A stretch of 61,974 bases of DNA, taken from a bacterium (lineage in GTDB: Bacteria; Patescibacteriota; Patescibacteriia; SG8-24). The DNA is taken from the NCBI GenBank assembly GCA_023246195.1, contig JAHFIW010000004.1, forward strand, positions 1 to 61,974, given 5' to 3'. The notes beneath the pieces are model-generated. The model made no database searches. It was given only the letters and a program-made list of their open reading frames with translations, and was not told the origin of the DNA. Both the position numbers and the translations under genes were made by a program. The first letter of the stretch is position 1; each line of letters begins with the position of its first letter. Shown piece by piece: positions 15,843 through 24,004 of this stretch.

Positions 15843-18539
15843 CTAAGCCTGCGTCGAGGCCATCTCATGCAAAACGTAGGCCATGATGCCGCCCGCGCGG
15901 AAATACTCGACCTCCACCGGCGAATCGAGACGGCAGCGCATGGCAAAGGTCTTGGTTCGGCCATCGGCGTCCGTCGCCGTGACGGAAACAGCGGCGTTCG
16001 GCGCAAGCGTTGCGATGCCGATAATGTCGTAGGTTTCCCTGCCGGTAAGCCCCAGTATCGCGGGCGTCTCGCCTTTCATGAACTCCAGCGGCAATACGCC
16101 CATGCCCACCAGGTTGCTGCGATGGATGCGCTCGACGCTTTCGAACAGCACTGCGCGCACGCCCAACAGTCGCACGCCCTTGGCCGCCCAGTCGCGCGAG
16201 GAACCCATGCCGTAGTCCTTGCCGGCGATGATCACCAACGGCGTCCCCTCCTCGGCGTAGCGCTCGGAGGCATCATACACGCTGGAGATCTCGTTGCTCG
16301 GAACGTACAGCGTGGCATTGCCCTCGGTCCCGCTCACCAGCAGGTTCTTGAGCCGCGAGTTTGCGAAGGTCCCGCGCATCATCACCTCATGATTGCCGCG
16401 GCGTGCGCCATAAGAGTTGAAGTCGGCCGAAGCCACGCCATGCGCGATGAGGTAACGCGCTGCCGGACTCTTCGAGGCGATGGTGCCGGCAGGAGAGATG
16501 TGATCAGTAGTCACGGAATCGCCAAACATCGCCAAGGCTCGTGCGCCATGGATGTCGGTCGGAACCACGGCTTCGTCGAAGAACGGCGGGCGGCGAATGT
16601 ACGTAGACGCCGGTTCCCAGGCGTACAGGTTTCCGGTCGGTGCGGCAACGGCGTTCCACTCGGCGCCGCCTCGAAAGATATTCGCATATTGGCTGCGAAA
16701 CAATTCCGGAGTAAGTGCCGAACTGACCGCGGCAGAGATGTCGTGCGACGACGGCCAGATGTCCTTGAGATACGTCGACGTACCGTCCGCGGCGACCCCG
16801 AGCGGCTCGGTCGCAAAATCGATGTCCATCCGTCCGGCCAGCGCGTACGCGACGACCAGGGGCGGAGATGCCAAATAATTCGCCCGAGTAGAAGGGTGCA
16901 CTCGGCCTTCGAAGTTGCGATTACCCGAAAGCACCGCGGCACCGACCAAGTCGGACGACTCCACTGCCGCCGCGACATGCTCGTCGATCGGTCCGCTGTT
17001 GCCGATGCAGGTAGTGCAGCCGTACCCTACCAAGTTGAAGCCAAGGGCGTTCAGGCCGTCCATGAGGCCGGCAGCCTGCAGATACGAAGTGACGGCGCGC
17101 GAACCGGGCGCAAGGCTGGTCTTCACGTAAGCCGGCACGGTCAGCCCGCGCTCAGCCGCGCGCTTGGCGAGCAGGCCGGCAGCGAGCATCACCGACGGGT
17201 TGGAGGTGTTCGTACAGCTGGTGATTGCCGCAATCAGCACGGAGCCGTGCCGCAACGTCACGTCCTTGCCGTGCACGTTGACGACCGCCGAGGCGCCGAC
17301 GGCCTCCGGCGCGATGCCGTAACCGTTTGCTGACACCGGCGCGACCAATGTCTCCCTGAACGAGCGTCGCATGTCCGCGAGAAGCACGCGATCCTGCGGA
17401 CGCTTCGGTCCGGCAAGCGACGGTTGCACGGCTGAAAGATCGAACGAAAGCGTTTCCGTGTATGACGGCACTGCGGAATCGGCAGCACGAAACATTCCCT
17501 GCGCCTTCATGTAGCGCCCCACGAATTCCACATATGCCTCGTCGCGGCCCGTCTGCCGGAGATACCGCAGCGTTTCGTCATCAACGGGAAAGTATCCGAC
17601 CGTGGCGCCGTACTCCGGCGCCATGTTGGCAATCGTGGCGCGATCCGCCAACGACAGGGCGTCGATGCCCGCGCCGTAAAATTCCACGAACTTCTCGACG
17701 ACACCGTGCTTGCGAAGCGTCTGCGTCAGGGTCAGTACCGCGTCGGTTGCGGTCACGCCTTCGCGCAACGCGCCTAACAATTCCACGCCGACCACTTTCG
17801 GCGCAGTCATGGCGATCGGTTGTCCGAGCATGGCCGCCTCGGCCTCGATGCCGCCGACGCCCCACCCCAGCACGCCCAACCCGTTGATCATGGTGGTATG
17901 CGAATCCGTGCCCACCAGAGAGTCCGGTGCGGCCACCAGCTCGCCGTCGACCGAGCGGACCTGCACCACCGTGGCAAGGTTCTCAAGATTCACCTGATGC
18001 ACGATACCCATGCCCGGCGGCACGACCCGGAAATCCTTGAAGGCCCCCTGACCCCATTTGAGAAAAGAGTAGCGCTCGCCGTTGCGTAAAAATTCCTTGC
18101 GGCTGTTTTCTGCCGACGCTTCCGGCGTACCCGAGTAATCCACCTGCACCGAATGATCGATCACCAAGTCCACGGGAATGCGCGGATTGATGCGCGCAGG
18201 GTCACCGCCGCCCTTGGCCACCGCATCGCGCATGGCAGCCAGATCGGCGACCGCCGGAACGCCGGTGAAATCCTGCAGCAACACGCGACTGGGCATGAAA
18301 CCGAACTCCGACCCCTCTTCGCCGATGCCGTCCGACTTCCATGCCGCCAGGCGCTCGACGTCTTGTCTCGTCACCAGCTTGTCATCGCAGTTGCGCACTG
18401 TCGCCTCCAAGAGCACGCGCACCGAATACGGCAACCTCGTCACGTTCGGATAACGGGATTCGAGCGCGCGCAGGTCCGCATAGGACGCCTCGCCTGCTGG
18501 AGACTTGATTTTTCGCATCACTCCAAAAAGGTCATTCAT
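15843..18539 (-). CDS. acnA: aconitate hydratase (AcnA/IRP type)
   Basis: About 900 aa, colinear with AcnA (RLPYSVRVLLE, DSHTTMINGLGVLGWGVGGIEAEA, TSCTNTSNP, GCTTCIGNSGP, SGNRNFEGR). Start taken at ATG 18539 (MNDLFGVMRK). Confidence 0.92.
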   Translation of the reverse strand: MNDLFGVMRKIKSPAGEASYADLRALESRYPNVTRLPYSVRVLLEATVRNCDDKLVTRQDVERLAAWKSDGIGEEGSEFGFMPSRVLLQDFTGVPAVADLAAMRDAVAKGGGDPARINPRIPVDLVIDHSVQVDYSGTPEASAENSRKEFLRNGERYSFLKWGQGAFKDFRVVPPGMGIVHQVNLENLATVVQVRSVDGELVAAPDSLVGTDSHTTMINGLGVLGWGVGGIEAEAAMLGQPIAMTAPKVVGVELLGALREGVTATDAVLTLTQTLRKHGVVEKFVEFYGAGIDALSLADRATIANMAPEYGATVGYFPVDDETLRYLRQTGRDEAYVEFVGRYMKAQGMFRAADSAVPSYTETLSFDLSAVQPSLAGPKRPQDRVLLADMRRSFRETLVAPVSANGYGIAPEAVGASAVVNVHGKDVTLRHGSVLIAAITSCTNTSNPSVMLAAGLLAKRAAERGLTVPAYVKTSLAPGSRAVTSYLQAAGLMDGLNALGFNLVGYGCTTCIGNSGPIDEHVAAAVESSDLVGAAVLSGNRNFEGRVHPSTRANYLASPPLVVAYALAGRMDIDFATEPLGVAADGTSTYLKDIWPSSHDISAAVSSALTPELFRSQYANIFRGGAEWNAVAAPTGNLYAWEPASTYIRRPPFFDEAVVPTDIHGARALAMFGDSVTTDHISPAGTIASKSPAARYLIAHGVASADFNSYGARRGNHEVMMRGTFANSRLKNLLVSGTEGNATLYVPSNEISSVYDASERYAEEGTPLVIIAGKDYGMGSSRDWAAKGVRLLGVRAVLFESVERIHRSNLVGMGVLPLEFMKGETPAILGLTGRETYDIIGIATLAPNAAVSVTATDADGRTKTFAMRCRLDSPVEVEYFRAGGIMAYVLHEMASTQA

Positions 18540-18588
18540 GGTATGCTTATTCAACTCGCATGCAAAGCGTGCGGCCCCCTCCTTCATC

Positions 18589-18596
18589 AGTATAGA
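18589..18596. promoter_or_regulatory. overlapping back-to-back -10 boxes: TATAGA (+, icd) and TATACT (-, acnA)
   Basis: agtataga read at 18589-18596 in the 71-bp acnA-icd spacer. The icd ATG lies 14 nt downstream. Confidence 0.4.
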
Positions 18597-18610
18597 AATC
18601 TTCAACGAAT

Positions 18611-19825
18611 ATGTCACGACAGAAGATCGCGGTGAAATCCCCCCTGGTAGAGCTGGACGGCGACGAGATGACTCGTGTCATTTGGGCACTTATAAAGGAA
18701 AAGCTGATTTTGCCGTATCTCGACGTCACGCTTGAATATTACGATCTGGGTATCCGCAACCGCGACGCCACCGGCGACAGGGTCACGTCAGACTCCGCCG
18801 CGGCCATCCTCAAGCATGGCGTGGGCGTCAAATGCGCCACGATCACCCCTAACGCCGACCGCGTGAAGGAATACGACCTCGCCAAGGAGTGGCCCAGCCC
18901 CAACGCCACCATCCGCGGCATTCTCGACGGCACGGTTTTCCGCAAACCCATCCTGGTGAAGAGCATCCCGCCGATGGTTCACGGTTGGAAAAAGCCCATC
19001 GTCATCGCCCGCCATGCCTATGGCGACATTTACAAGAACGCCGAGTTCGCCCCCTGGGGCGCCGGCGATGCCGAATTGGTATTCAAGGGCGCAAACGGAC
19101 TGGAGGAACGCATCCCCGTGGCCAAGCTCAAAGGTCCCGGCGTACTGCAGGCCATCCATAATACCGACGCTTCCATTCGTTCGTTCGCACAAGCGTGCAT
19201 TGCGTACGCGCTTTCGGAAAAGATCGACATCTGGTTCGGCGCCAAGGACACGATTTCCAAAATCTACCACGCCCGCTTCCGCGCCATCTTCGCAGAAGAG
19301 GTCGATGCCAAAAAGAAAGACCTCGAAGCGGCGGGCGTGACTTATTCCTACGGCCTGATCGACGACATCGTCGCTCGCGTCATGCGCAGCGAAGGCGGAA
19401 TGCTTTGGGCCTGCATGAACTATGACGGTGACGTCATGTCCGACATGCTTGCTGCCGGCTTCGGCAGCCTTGGCCTGATGACCTCGGTACTGGTCAGCCC
19501 CAGCGGCGCCTTCGAATTCGAGGCTGCCCACGGTACCGTGCAGCGCCACTACTACAGGCACCTCAAAGGCGAACCCACTTCGACTAATTCCGTTGCCAGC
19601 ATCTTTGCCTGGGCAGGTGCCCTCTCCAAGCGCGGCGAGCTGGACGGCACCCCGGAAGTGATTGAGTTCAGCCGCAATCTCGAGGAAGCCACCGTGGACT
19701 GCATCGACCGCGGCATCATGACCAAGGACCTCGTCTCTCTCTCCGATCTCGGCGTCTCCGAGCCCGCCACGACCCAAAGCTTCATTGACGCCGTGGCGGC
19801 CCGACTTTCCGAGATTCGCGGCTAA
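18611..19825 (+). CDS. icd: NADP-dependent isocitrate dehydrogenase, subfamily II (eukaryote-like homodimeric type)
   Basis: 404 aa. N-terminus [21 protein letters not shown], plus [28 protein letters not shown] motifs characteristic of type II IDH. Confidence 0.92.
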   Translation: MSRQKIAVKSPLVELDGDEMTRVIWALIKEKLILPYLDVTLEYYDLGIRNRDATGDRVTSDSAAAILKHGVGVKCATITPNADRVKEYDLAKEWPSPNATIRGILDGTVFRKPILVKSIPPMVHGWKKPIVIARHAYGDIYKNAEFAPWGAGDAELVFKGANGLEERIPVAKLKGPGVLQAIHNTDASIRSFAQACIAYALSEKIDIWFGAKDTISKIYHARFRAIFAEEVDAKKKDLEAAGVTYSYGLIDDIVARVMRSEGGMLWACMNYDGDVMSDMLAAGFGSLGLMTSVLVSPSGAFEFEAAHGTVQRHYYRHLKGEPTSTNSVASIFAWAGALSKRGELDGTPEVIEFSRNLEEATVDCIDRGIMTKDLVSLSDLGVSEPATTQSFIDAVAARLSEIRG

Positions 19826-19843
19826 TGGACATCTCGACAATCA

Positions 19844-19880
19844 GAAAACCGCCTTGCATGAAGCGAGGCGGTTTACGTTT
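19844..19880. terminator. intrinsic terminator between icd (+) and the small lipoprotein gene (-)
   Basis: Stem AAACCGCCT (19845-19853) / AGGCGGTTT (19865-19873), with T-rich flanks on both strands. Confidence 0.6.
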
Positions 19881-19895
19881 GAAGAAGAAGGAAGG

Positions 19896-20072
19896 TCATT
19901 TGACGGTAGAAGTCAGCGTGCTGCAGTTGTTGCTGGAAACGCAGTGCGTCGCCAGATATTCCTGTGTCGGCGCTGAAGTCACCGTGTAGGTGAAGGAAAC
20001 GAGACCGCAGCCGGTAGTGAGGCTTGTCGAGAGGAAGATGGCGAGGCAAAGAGCAAACGTCGTCTTGATCAT
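19896..20072 (-). CDS. mini-lipoprotein (58 aa precursor, about 37 aa mature) rich in Ser, Thr and Cys
   Basis: MIKTTFALCLAIFLSTSLTTGC lipobox, then GLVSFTYTVTSAPTQEYLATHCVSSNNCSTLTSTVK. Lower GC than the surroundings. Extended -10 upstream. Confidence 0.5.
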   Translation of the reverse strand: MIKTTFALCLAIFLSTSLTTGCGLVSFTYTVTSAPTQEYLATHCVSSNNCSTLTSTVK

Positions 20073-20099
20073 GATGATTCTCCTGTTGAACTTGAGAAA

Positions 20100-20108
20100 A
20101 CTATAGCA
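20100..20108 (-). promoter_or_regulatory. extended -10 element TGCTATAGT for the mini-lipoprotein gene
   Basis: Reverse complement of actatagca, 28 nt upstream of ATG 20072. Confidence 0.5.
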
Positions 20109-20114
20109 TATTTT

Positions 20115-20140
20115 TGTTAAAATGTCAAGACTTTTTGACA
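20115..20140 (+). promoter_or_regulatory. extended -10 TGTTAAAAT (20115-20123) overlapped by the palindrome TGTCAA-N6-TTGACA (20123-20140)
   Basis: Read directly in the AT-rich 240-bp spacer upstream of the first lipoprotein gene (ATG 20313). Confidence 0.4.
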
Positions 20141-20312
20141 AGGAAAATCTCTTAAAAATCGCTTATTTTAGCCAATTGTTTAGTAACAGCCACCACGTAC
20201 CGCTACGGCAGAACCTACGCCAATTGACAACAGCCGAAATACAGGTAAACATGCGTAAATCGCCGTTCTTTCATCGCAAGTCGGACTTCAAAAGTCCAAA
20301 GGAAAAGTTCCG

Positions 20313-20879
20313 ATGATAAAGCACCTCGCGTTCCTCATGGCTACCGTTGCGTTTCTGGGAGCCTGCGGCGCATCTGCTCCGCCCCGCGTCGCCGTTACCC
20401 CCGAAATCGCACAGCCCGCACATCAGGCTCAGGAGAATCCGAAGCCTCCGATGGAGCGGCCCGCTCCCGGGAAGAAGTCCACGCTGAGCTTCGACGTCCC
20501 TCCCGCATGGACGCAGGTACCCGACGCAAACGTCCGCACGCCATGGAAGATGGAGTTCATCAACGCCGAAGCGCGCGGAACCGTGCTGATGGACTTTGAC
20601 GTCGTCGCCGAAGGTCCGGCAGCGCAAGTCGCCGACAAGATCGTGGAGGCCGTCTGCAAGACGAATGGCTGGACCTGCAGCAAGCCCAAACCGCTTGCAA
20701 GCGGCGACGGTGCCGCCTTCACCTTCACTTCCGCCTCGACCAAAGGCAAAATCGCCGTCCGCGACCTCAACGGCGAAGGCGCTGGGCAGATCCAACTGTT
20801 CGGCGAATGGGCCAAGGCCAAGGATGCCCAGGCCGTCAAGGACTTCGACACGATGATCTCGACGGCCAAAATCGACTGA
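20313..20879 (+). CDS. lipoprotein, paralog family member 1 (188 aa)
   Basis: Lipobox VAFLGAC. Shared family motifs: P-x-x-W (DVPPAWTQV), NGWTC, AAFTFTSASTKGKIAVRD, FGEW. Confidence 0.75.
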   Translation: MIKHLAFLMATVAFLGACGASAPPRVAVTPEIAQPAHQAQENPKPPMERPAPGKKSTLSFDVPPAWTQVPDANVRTPWKMEFINAEARGTVLMDFDVVAEGPAAQVADKIVEAVCKTNGWTCSKPKPLASGDGAAFTFTSASTKGKIAVRDLNGEGAGQIQLFGEWAKAKDAQAVKDFDTMISTAKID

Positions 20880-20885
20880 TGCGTA

Positions 20886-20911
20886 ACCCGACCGGCCGGT
20901 CGGGTTTTTTC
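20886..20911 (+). terminator. intrinsic terminator after lipoprotein 1
   Basis: ACCCGACCGG/CCGGTCGGGT palindromic stem followed by TTTTTT. Confidence 0.7.
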
Positions 20912-20937
20912 TTTCCCTGGCAGGCCGCCCATGACCG

Positions 20938-20946
20938 TGGTATCGT
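20938..20946 (+). promoter_or_regulatory. extended -10 element TGGTATCGT for lipoproteins 2-3
   Basis: Read directly. AGGGAG Shine-Dalgarno 6 nt before ATG 20983. Confidence 0.4.
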
Positions 20947-20982
20947 GCCGACATCGTTCTTTTCGAACAGAGGGAGAATGCG

Positions 20983-21510
20983 ATGCTACGAAAGTCGTTC
21001 ATGTTCCTTGCCGCTCTCACGCTGGCAGGCTGTGCTGCCCATGCACCGGCCGCCACGAAGGCTTCGGGGGCGGAACCCGCCGCCACGCCGCAACAAAGGC
21101 TGACGAACCCGCATGTCATCGTCAACATGCCTCTGGAATGGACGCCCGTCGACCTGACACGCGTGCCTCGCGGCGCGTTTGCCATCAGCACCAACGATGC
21201 CTTGGGCGCCACCATTCTCGTCATGGAAGGCAGGGTTGCCGGATCGCCGCGCAAAGAGGCGGAGTACCTCGCTGCCGATCTCAGCCGCGACGGCTTCACC
21301 TGCTCCCCGCCGATCGAATCCGCCGACCGTTCAGTTGCCGCGTTTACGGTCACCAAGACCGGCATGCGCGGAAAGATCGCCATCAGGAGCTTTGGAGCCG
21401 CTTCGGCAACGCGCATTCTGGTGATGGGCCAATGGCCCGAAGACGCCGAAGCAAACGAAGGCGGATGCATGGCCGTCGATGCCGTCGCGGCCGATGCGGA
21501 ATACCGCTGA
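20983..21510 (+). CDS. lipoprotein, paralog family member 2 (175 aa)
   Basis: Lipobox LTLAGC. Motifs NMPLEWTPV, DGFTC, AAFTVTKTGMRGKIAIRS, MGQW. Confidence 0.75.
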   Translation: MLRKSFMFLAALTLAGCAAHAPAATKASGAEPAATPQQRLTNPHVIVNMPLEWTPVDLTRVPRGAFAISTNDALGATILVMEGRVAGSPRKEAEYLAADLSRDGFTCSPPIESADRSVAAFTVTKTGMRGKIAIRSFGAASATRILVMGQWPEDAEANEGGCMAVDAVAADAEYR

Positions 21511-21518
21511 AAAACGCC

Positions 21519-22034
21519 ATGAAGACAACCCCGTTTCGCCTCCCCGCCGTCGCCATCATCGTGATCGTCACCGCCGCCGGCTGCGCCGCGTCCCCCACAC
21601 CGAAAAACGAGTCACCGGCAATCGTCGCCCAACGCGCCACCGAGGCTCTCCGCGACCAACCGCTCGCGCGTGACATCACGATGACGTTACCGCCCGACTG
21701 GAAGCGTCCTTCCCCCGCCGTGGCCGTCAGCGGCAAGCTGGAAGCGCGCATCGACTTCATGGTCGGAATATCGCCAAAAACGATCACCCTCGAAATCCGG
21801 CAGTTCTGCCGGATCCTGTCCGTGCAGGACTGGCACTGCGAGGACGGCCTCATCGCCAGCGACGGAACGGAGGGCATGTTCACCTACGCGCGACCGCGCC
21901 GACGCGGCATGATCGCCATACGGCACTATGCCGACGGTACCGCGGTCATTCTCAGGGGCGAATGGCCGACCGCGTCTGACAAGCGGGCCACGAGGGATTT
22001 TACCGCCATCTTCCGTTCCACCTCTCCAAAGTGA
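21519..22034 (+). CDS. lipoprotein, paralog family member 3 (171 aa)
   Basis: Internal ATG of the 20931..22034 track ORF: MKTTPFRLPAVAIIVIVTAAGC. Motifs TLPPDWKRP, QDWHC, GMFTYARPRRRGMIAIRH, RGEW. Starts 8 nt after the member 2 stop. Confidence 0.7.
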   Translation: MKTTPFRLPAVAIIVIVTAAGCAASPTPKNESPAIVAQRATEALRDQPLARDITMTLPPDWKRPSPAVAVSGKLEARIDFMVGISPKTITLEIRQFCRILSVQDWHCEDGLIASDGTEGMFTYARPRRRGMIAIRHYADGTAVILRGEWPTASDKRATRDFTAIFRSTSPK

Positions 22035-22037
22035 GTT

Positions 22038-22066
22038 ATTCCCGACCCTGCGTCGGGAATTTTTTA
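22038..22066 (+). terminator. intrinsic terminator after lipoprotein 3
   Basis: Stem ATTCCCGAC (22038-22046) / GTCGGGAAT (22052-22060), then TTTTT. Confidence 0.75.
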
Positions 22067-22067
22067 T

Positions 22068-22096
22068 GAAAAAAAGCCTCGCGCAAGCGCGAGGCC
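22068..22096 (-). terminator. intrinsic terminator after lipoprotein 4 (convergent)
   Basis: Stem GCCTCGC (22076-22082) / GCGAGGC (22089-22095), then TTTTTTT on the minus strand. Confidence 0.7.
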
Positions 22097-22106
22097 GGAT
22101 GCCGCA

Positions 22107-22691
22107 TTACTGCAGCGTAGAACTCTTCACGATCGCATCGACGTCCGGCGCGACCGACTTCTCGTTCTTGGATTCCCACCGCCCCATGAACGTAAGGGAG
22201 TCGGTGTCGTTCATCTGCTTGACGGTGATCTTGCCGTGCACGTCGCCGACCTTGACCGTGAACGATGCCGACTTGTGATCGGCCGAAACCGCGATCTTCG
22301 TGAGCGTGAACTTGCCATCGCTCTCGAGCGCCGCGTGAATGACGCCGGCCTGCTCCGCCGGCGTAAGGGCGGAAGCGGGCATCCTCCTGACGATGACCTG
22401 CCCGCGCTTTTCCGGGTTGATGTACACCGCGGCGATATCTTCGGGAAGTCTCGAAGACGGGATGGCCACCCAACCGCCGGGCAGCGTGCAGACGACCTGC
22501 TTTGCCTCTTCGGCGGGAGGATCTTCTTCCTTGGGCGCCGGCGCGGGCGGAGGCGGGGGCGCCGGAGTCGGGGTCGGCGCGGAGGCAACGGCAGTCGTCG
22601 TCGGCGCGAGAGCCTTGGCTGCGGGTTGCCGAGCGCCGCATCCTGCCGCGGCGAACGCGACGCAAACGAGCAGCAGAGTCATCTTGTTCAT
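22107..22691 (-). CDS. lipoprotein, paralog family member 4 (194 aa, inverted orientation, Pro/Ala/Thr-rich linker)
   Basis: MNKMTLLLVCVAFAAAGC lipobox. Linker APTPTPAPPPPPAPAPKEE. Motifs TLPGGWVAI, ASFTVKVGDVHGKITVKQ, MGRW. AAGGAG lies 7 nt upstream of ATG 22691. Confidence 0.75.
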   Translation of the reverse strand: MNKMTLLLVCVAFAAAGCGARQPAAKALAPTTTAVASAPTPTPAPPPPPAPAPKEEDPPAEEAKQVVCTLPGGWVAIPSSRLPEDIAAVYINPEKRGQVIVRRMPASALTPAEQAGVIHAALESDGKFTLTKIAVSADHKSASFTVKVGDVHGKITVKQMNDTDSLTFMGRWESKNEKSVAPDVDAIVKSSTLQ

Positions 22692-22753
22692 CGAACGAGC
22701 TCCTTGTTCCCCGAGGGAACGTCTTCGGCGATCACTTTGATCGCGTCCGAAAC

Positions 22754-22762
22754 AGTAAAGCA
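22754..22762 (-). promoter_or_regulatory. extended -10 element TGCTTTACT for lipoprotein 4
   Basis: Reverse complement of agtaaagca. Confidence 0.4.
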
Positions 22763-22811
22763 CGAGTATCGAAAACCGTAAATACCCCATCCCCGTCCCC
22801 CGTCGTCAATC

Positions 22812-22840
22812 TTGCCAAAATACGTGTTTTCCTGTACGTA
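22812..22840 (+). promoter_or_regulatory. promoter-like TTGCCA-N17-TACGTA for lipoprotein 5
   Basis: Read directly, about 50 nt upstream of ATG 22889. Confidence 0.3.
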
Positions 22841-22888
22841 TTGTTGTGCACGCTTCCAACCAGGCGTTCGAAGGCAGAAGGTAAACAC

Positions 22889-23416
22889 ATGCGCAAAACG
22901 TCGTTCATTTCAGTCATTTTCATGGCCATGCTGGCCTCAGCCTGCGTCATGTATGGCGGTCCCACCGACTCCGCGCCATCGCAGCAGGAAATCAGCAACA
23001 TGACGATCGCGGGCATCGGCACGCTTTCGGTGATTCTTCCGAACGGCTGGAAGTATCACGAAACCAAAGTGGAAGGAGCTTCGTATCACGAACTGCGCAG
23101 CGTGGCACTTTCCGCCAGCGTCTTCGTGGAGGCCAAGGCTTCCACGGAAACTGCCCACAAGGAATCCGAACACGTCCGCGAAAGCTTCATGAACGAGGGC
23201 TACCGCTGCACCGGCGTACAGACCGAAGTGCACTCGCAAGGCATCTGCTCAAGCTTCGACGTCGAAAACGGCCCCCTTCGGGGGCGCGTCACCGTCATCC
23301 GCCCGGAGCCAAACCGTCCGCTGTCGATCCGATTGACCGGCATTTGGCCGGCACGCGCGGACGCCGAAGCCTCCGACGACTACGAAGACATCGTCCGGCA
23401 ACTGCAATGCGACTGA
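22889..23416 (+). CDS. lipoprotein, paralog family member 5 (175 aa)
   Basis: Internal ATG of the 22502..23416 track ORF: MRKTSFISVIFMAMLASAC. Motifs ILPNGWKYH, EGYRC, SSFDVENGPLRGRVTVIR, TGIW. Confidence 0.7.
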   Translation: MRKTSFISVIFMAMLASACVMYGGPTDSAPSQQEISNMTIAGIGTLSVILPNGWKYHETKVEGASYHELRSVALSASVFVEAKASTETAHKESEHVRESFMNEGYRCTGVQTEVHSQGICSSFDVENGPLRGRVTVIRPEPNRPLSIRLTGIWPARADAEASDDYEDIVRQLQCD

Positions 23417-23420
23417 ACTC

Positions 23421-23450
23421 AAAAGCCGACTCAAGGGTCGGCTTTTCCTT
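23421..23450. terminator. bidirectional intrinsic terminator between lipoprotein 5 (+) and the DUF45 gene (-)
   Basis: Stem AAAAGCCGAC (23421-23430) / GTCGGCTTTT (23437-23446). Confidence 0.75.
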
Positions 23451-23999
23451 TTACGCATGATACTTGCGCATCTCCTGTCGGATTTTTTTATACTCCGGCA
23501 TTTCGCGAGAAACCAGTTCCCAAAATGTACTTGAGTGGTCGAAGACGGCAAGGTGGCACAATTCGTGCACTACCACGTACGCGGCCAAACGCTCCGGCAA
23601 AAAAAGCAGCTTGTAATTGAAATTGAGATTGCGCAATTCGGAACAGCTGCCCCAATTGCGCCGTAAATTCTTAATGAACACTTTCTTGTAGGCAAAACCG
23701 TAACGCGGCGCATACCGTTGAAGCAGTACGTGTACCAACGCGCGTGCCCGTTCCTTGTGCGCCAAATAACTGCGCCGGTCGCGCGGCAGGAAAGCGTCGT
23801 CTTTGCAGTGCCCCATCTTGGCAACCGCACGGGCGATCCACTCCGCCTTATCACGCACGAAGCGCTCAATGACCGCAAACGGCGCAAAAACAGGTGCCGT
23901 CACCGTCACCGATCCGTCGCGCTGCACCCTCACCCACAAGCGACGGCTGCGCGCGTTACGCTTGAGAGTCCATTTGACCCCGTTCTCCATAGTCACCAC
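23451..23999 (-). CDS. YgjP/DUF45-family zinc metallopeptidase-like protein (M48/SprT-like HExxH)
   Basis: HELCHLAVFDHS zincin motif and a family-typical N-terminus (RSRRLWVRVQRDGSVTVTAP). GTG start at 23999; alternative ATG at 23990. Confidence 0.8.
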   Translation of the reverse strand: MVTMENGVKWTLKRNARSRRLWVRVQRDGSVTVTAPVFAPFAVIERFVRDKAEWIARAVAKMGHCKDDAFLPRDRRSYLAHKERARALVHVLLQRYAPRYGFAYKKVFIKNLRRNWGSCSELRNLNFNYKLLFLPERLAAYVVVHELCHLAVFDHSSTFWELVSREMPEYKKIRQEMRKYHA

Positions 24000-24004
24000 G
24001 GCCG

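Noticed and set aside
19896-20072. Ser/Thr/Cys-rich mini-lipoprotein as a lanthipeptide or other RiPP precursor
   Set aside because: The N-terminus is a lipobox signal peptide rather than a RiPP leader. No LanB/C/M, radical-SAM or YcaO-type modification gene is present in the window. It is kept only as a low-level curiosity.
15801-21470. Long antisense ORFs: 15801..17333 (+) inside acnA, 18788..19840 (-) inside icd, and 20271..21470 (-) across lipoprotein genes 1-2
   Set aside because: They lie opposite genes with unambiguous homology or strong signals. Their translations are Arg/Gly/Ala/His-rich with no motifs. This is the usual high-GC open-frame artefact.
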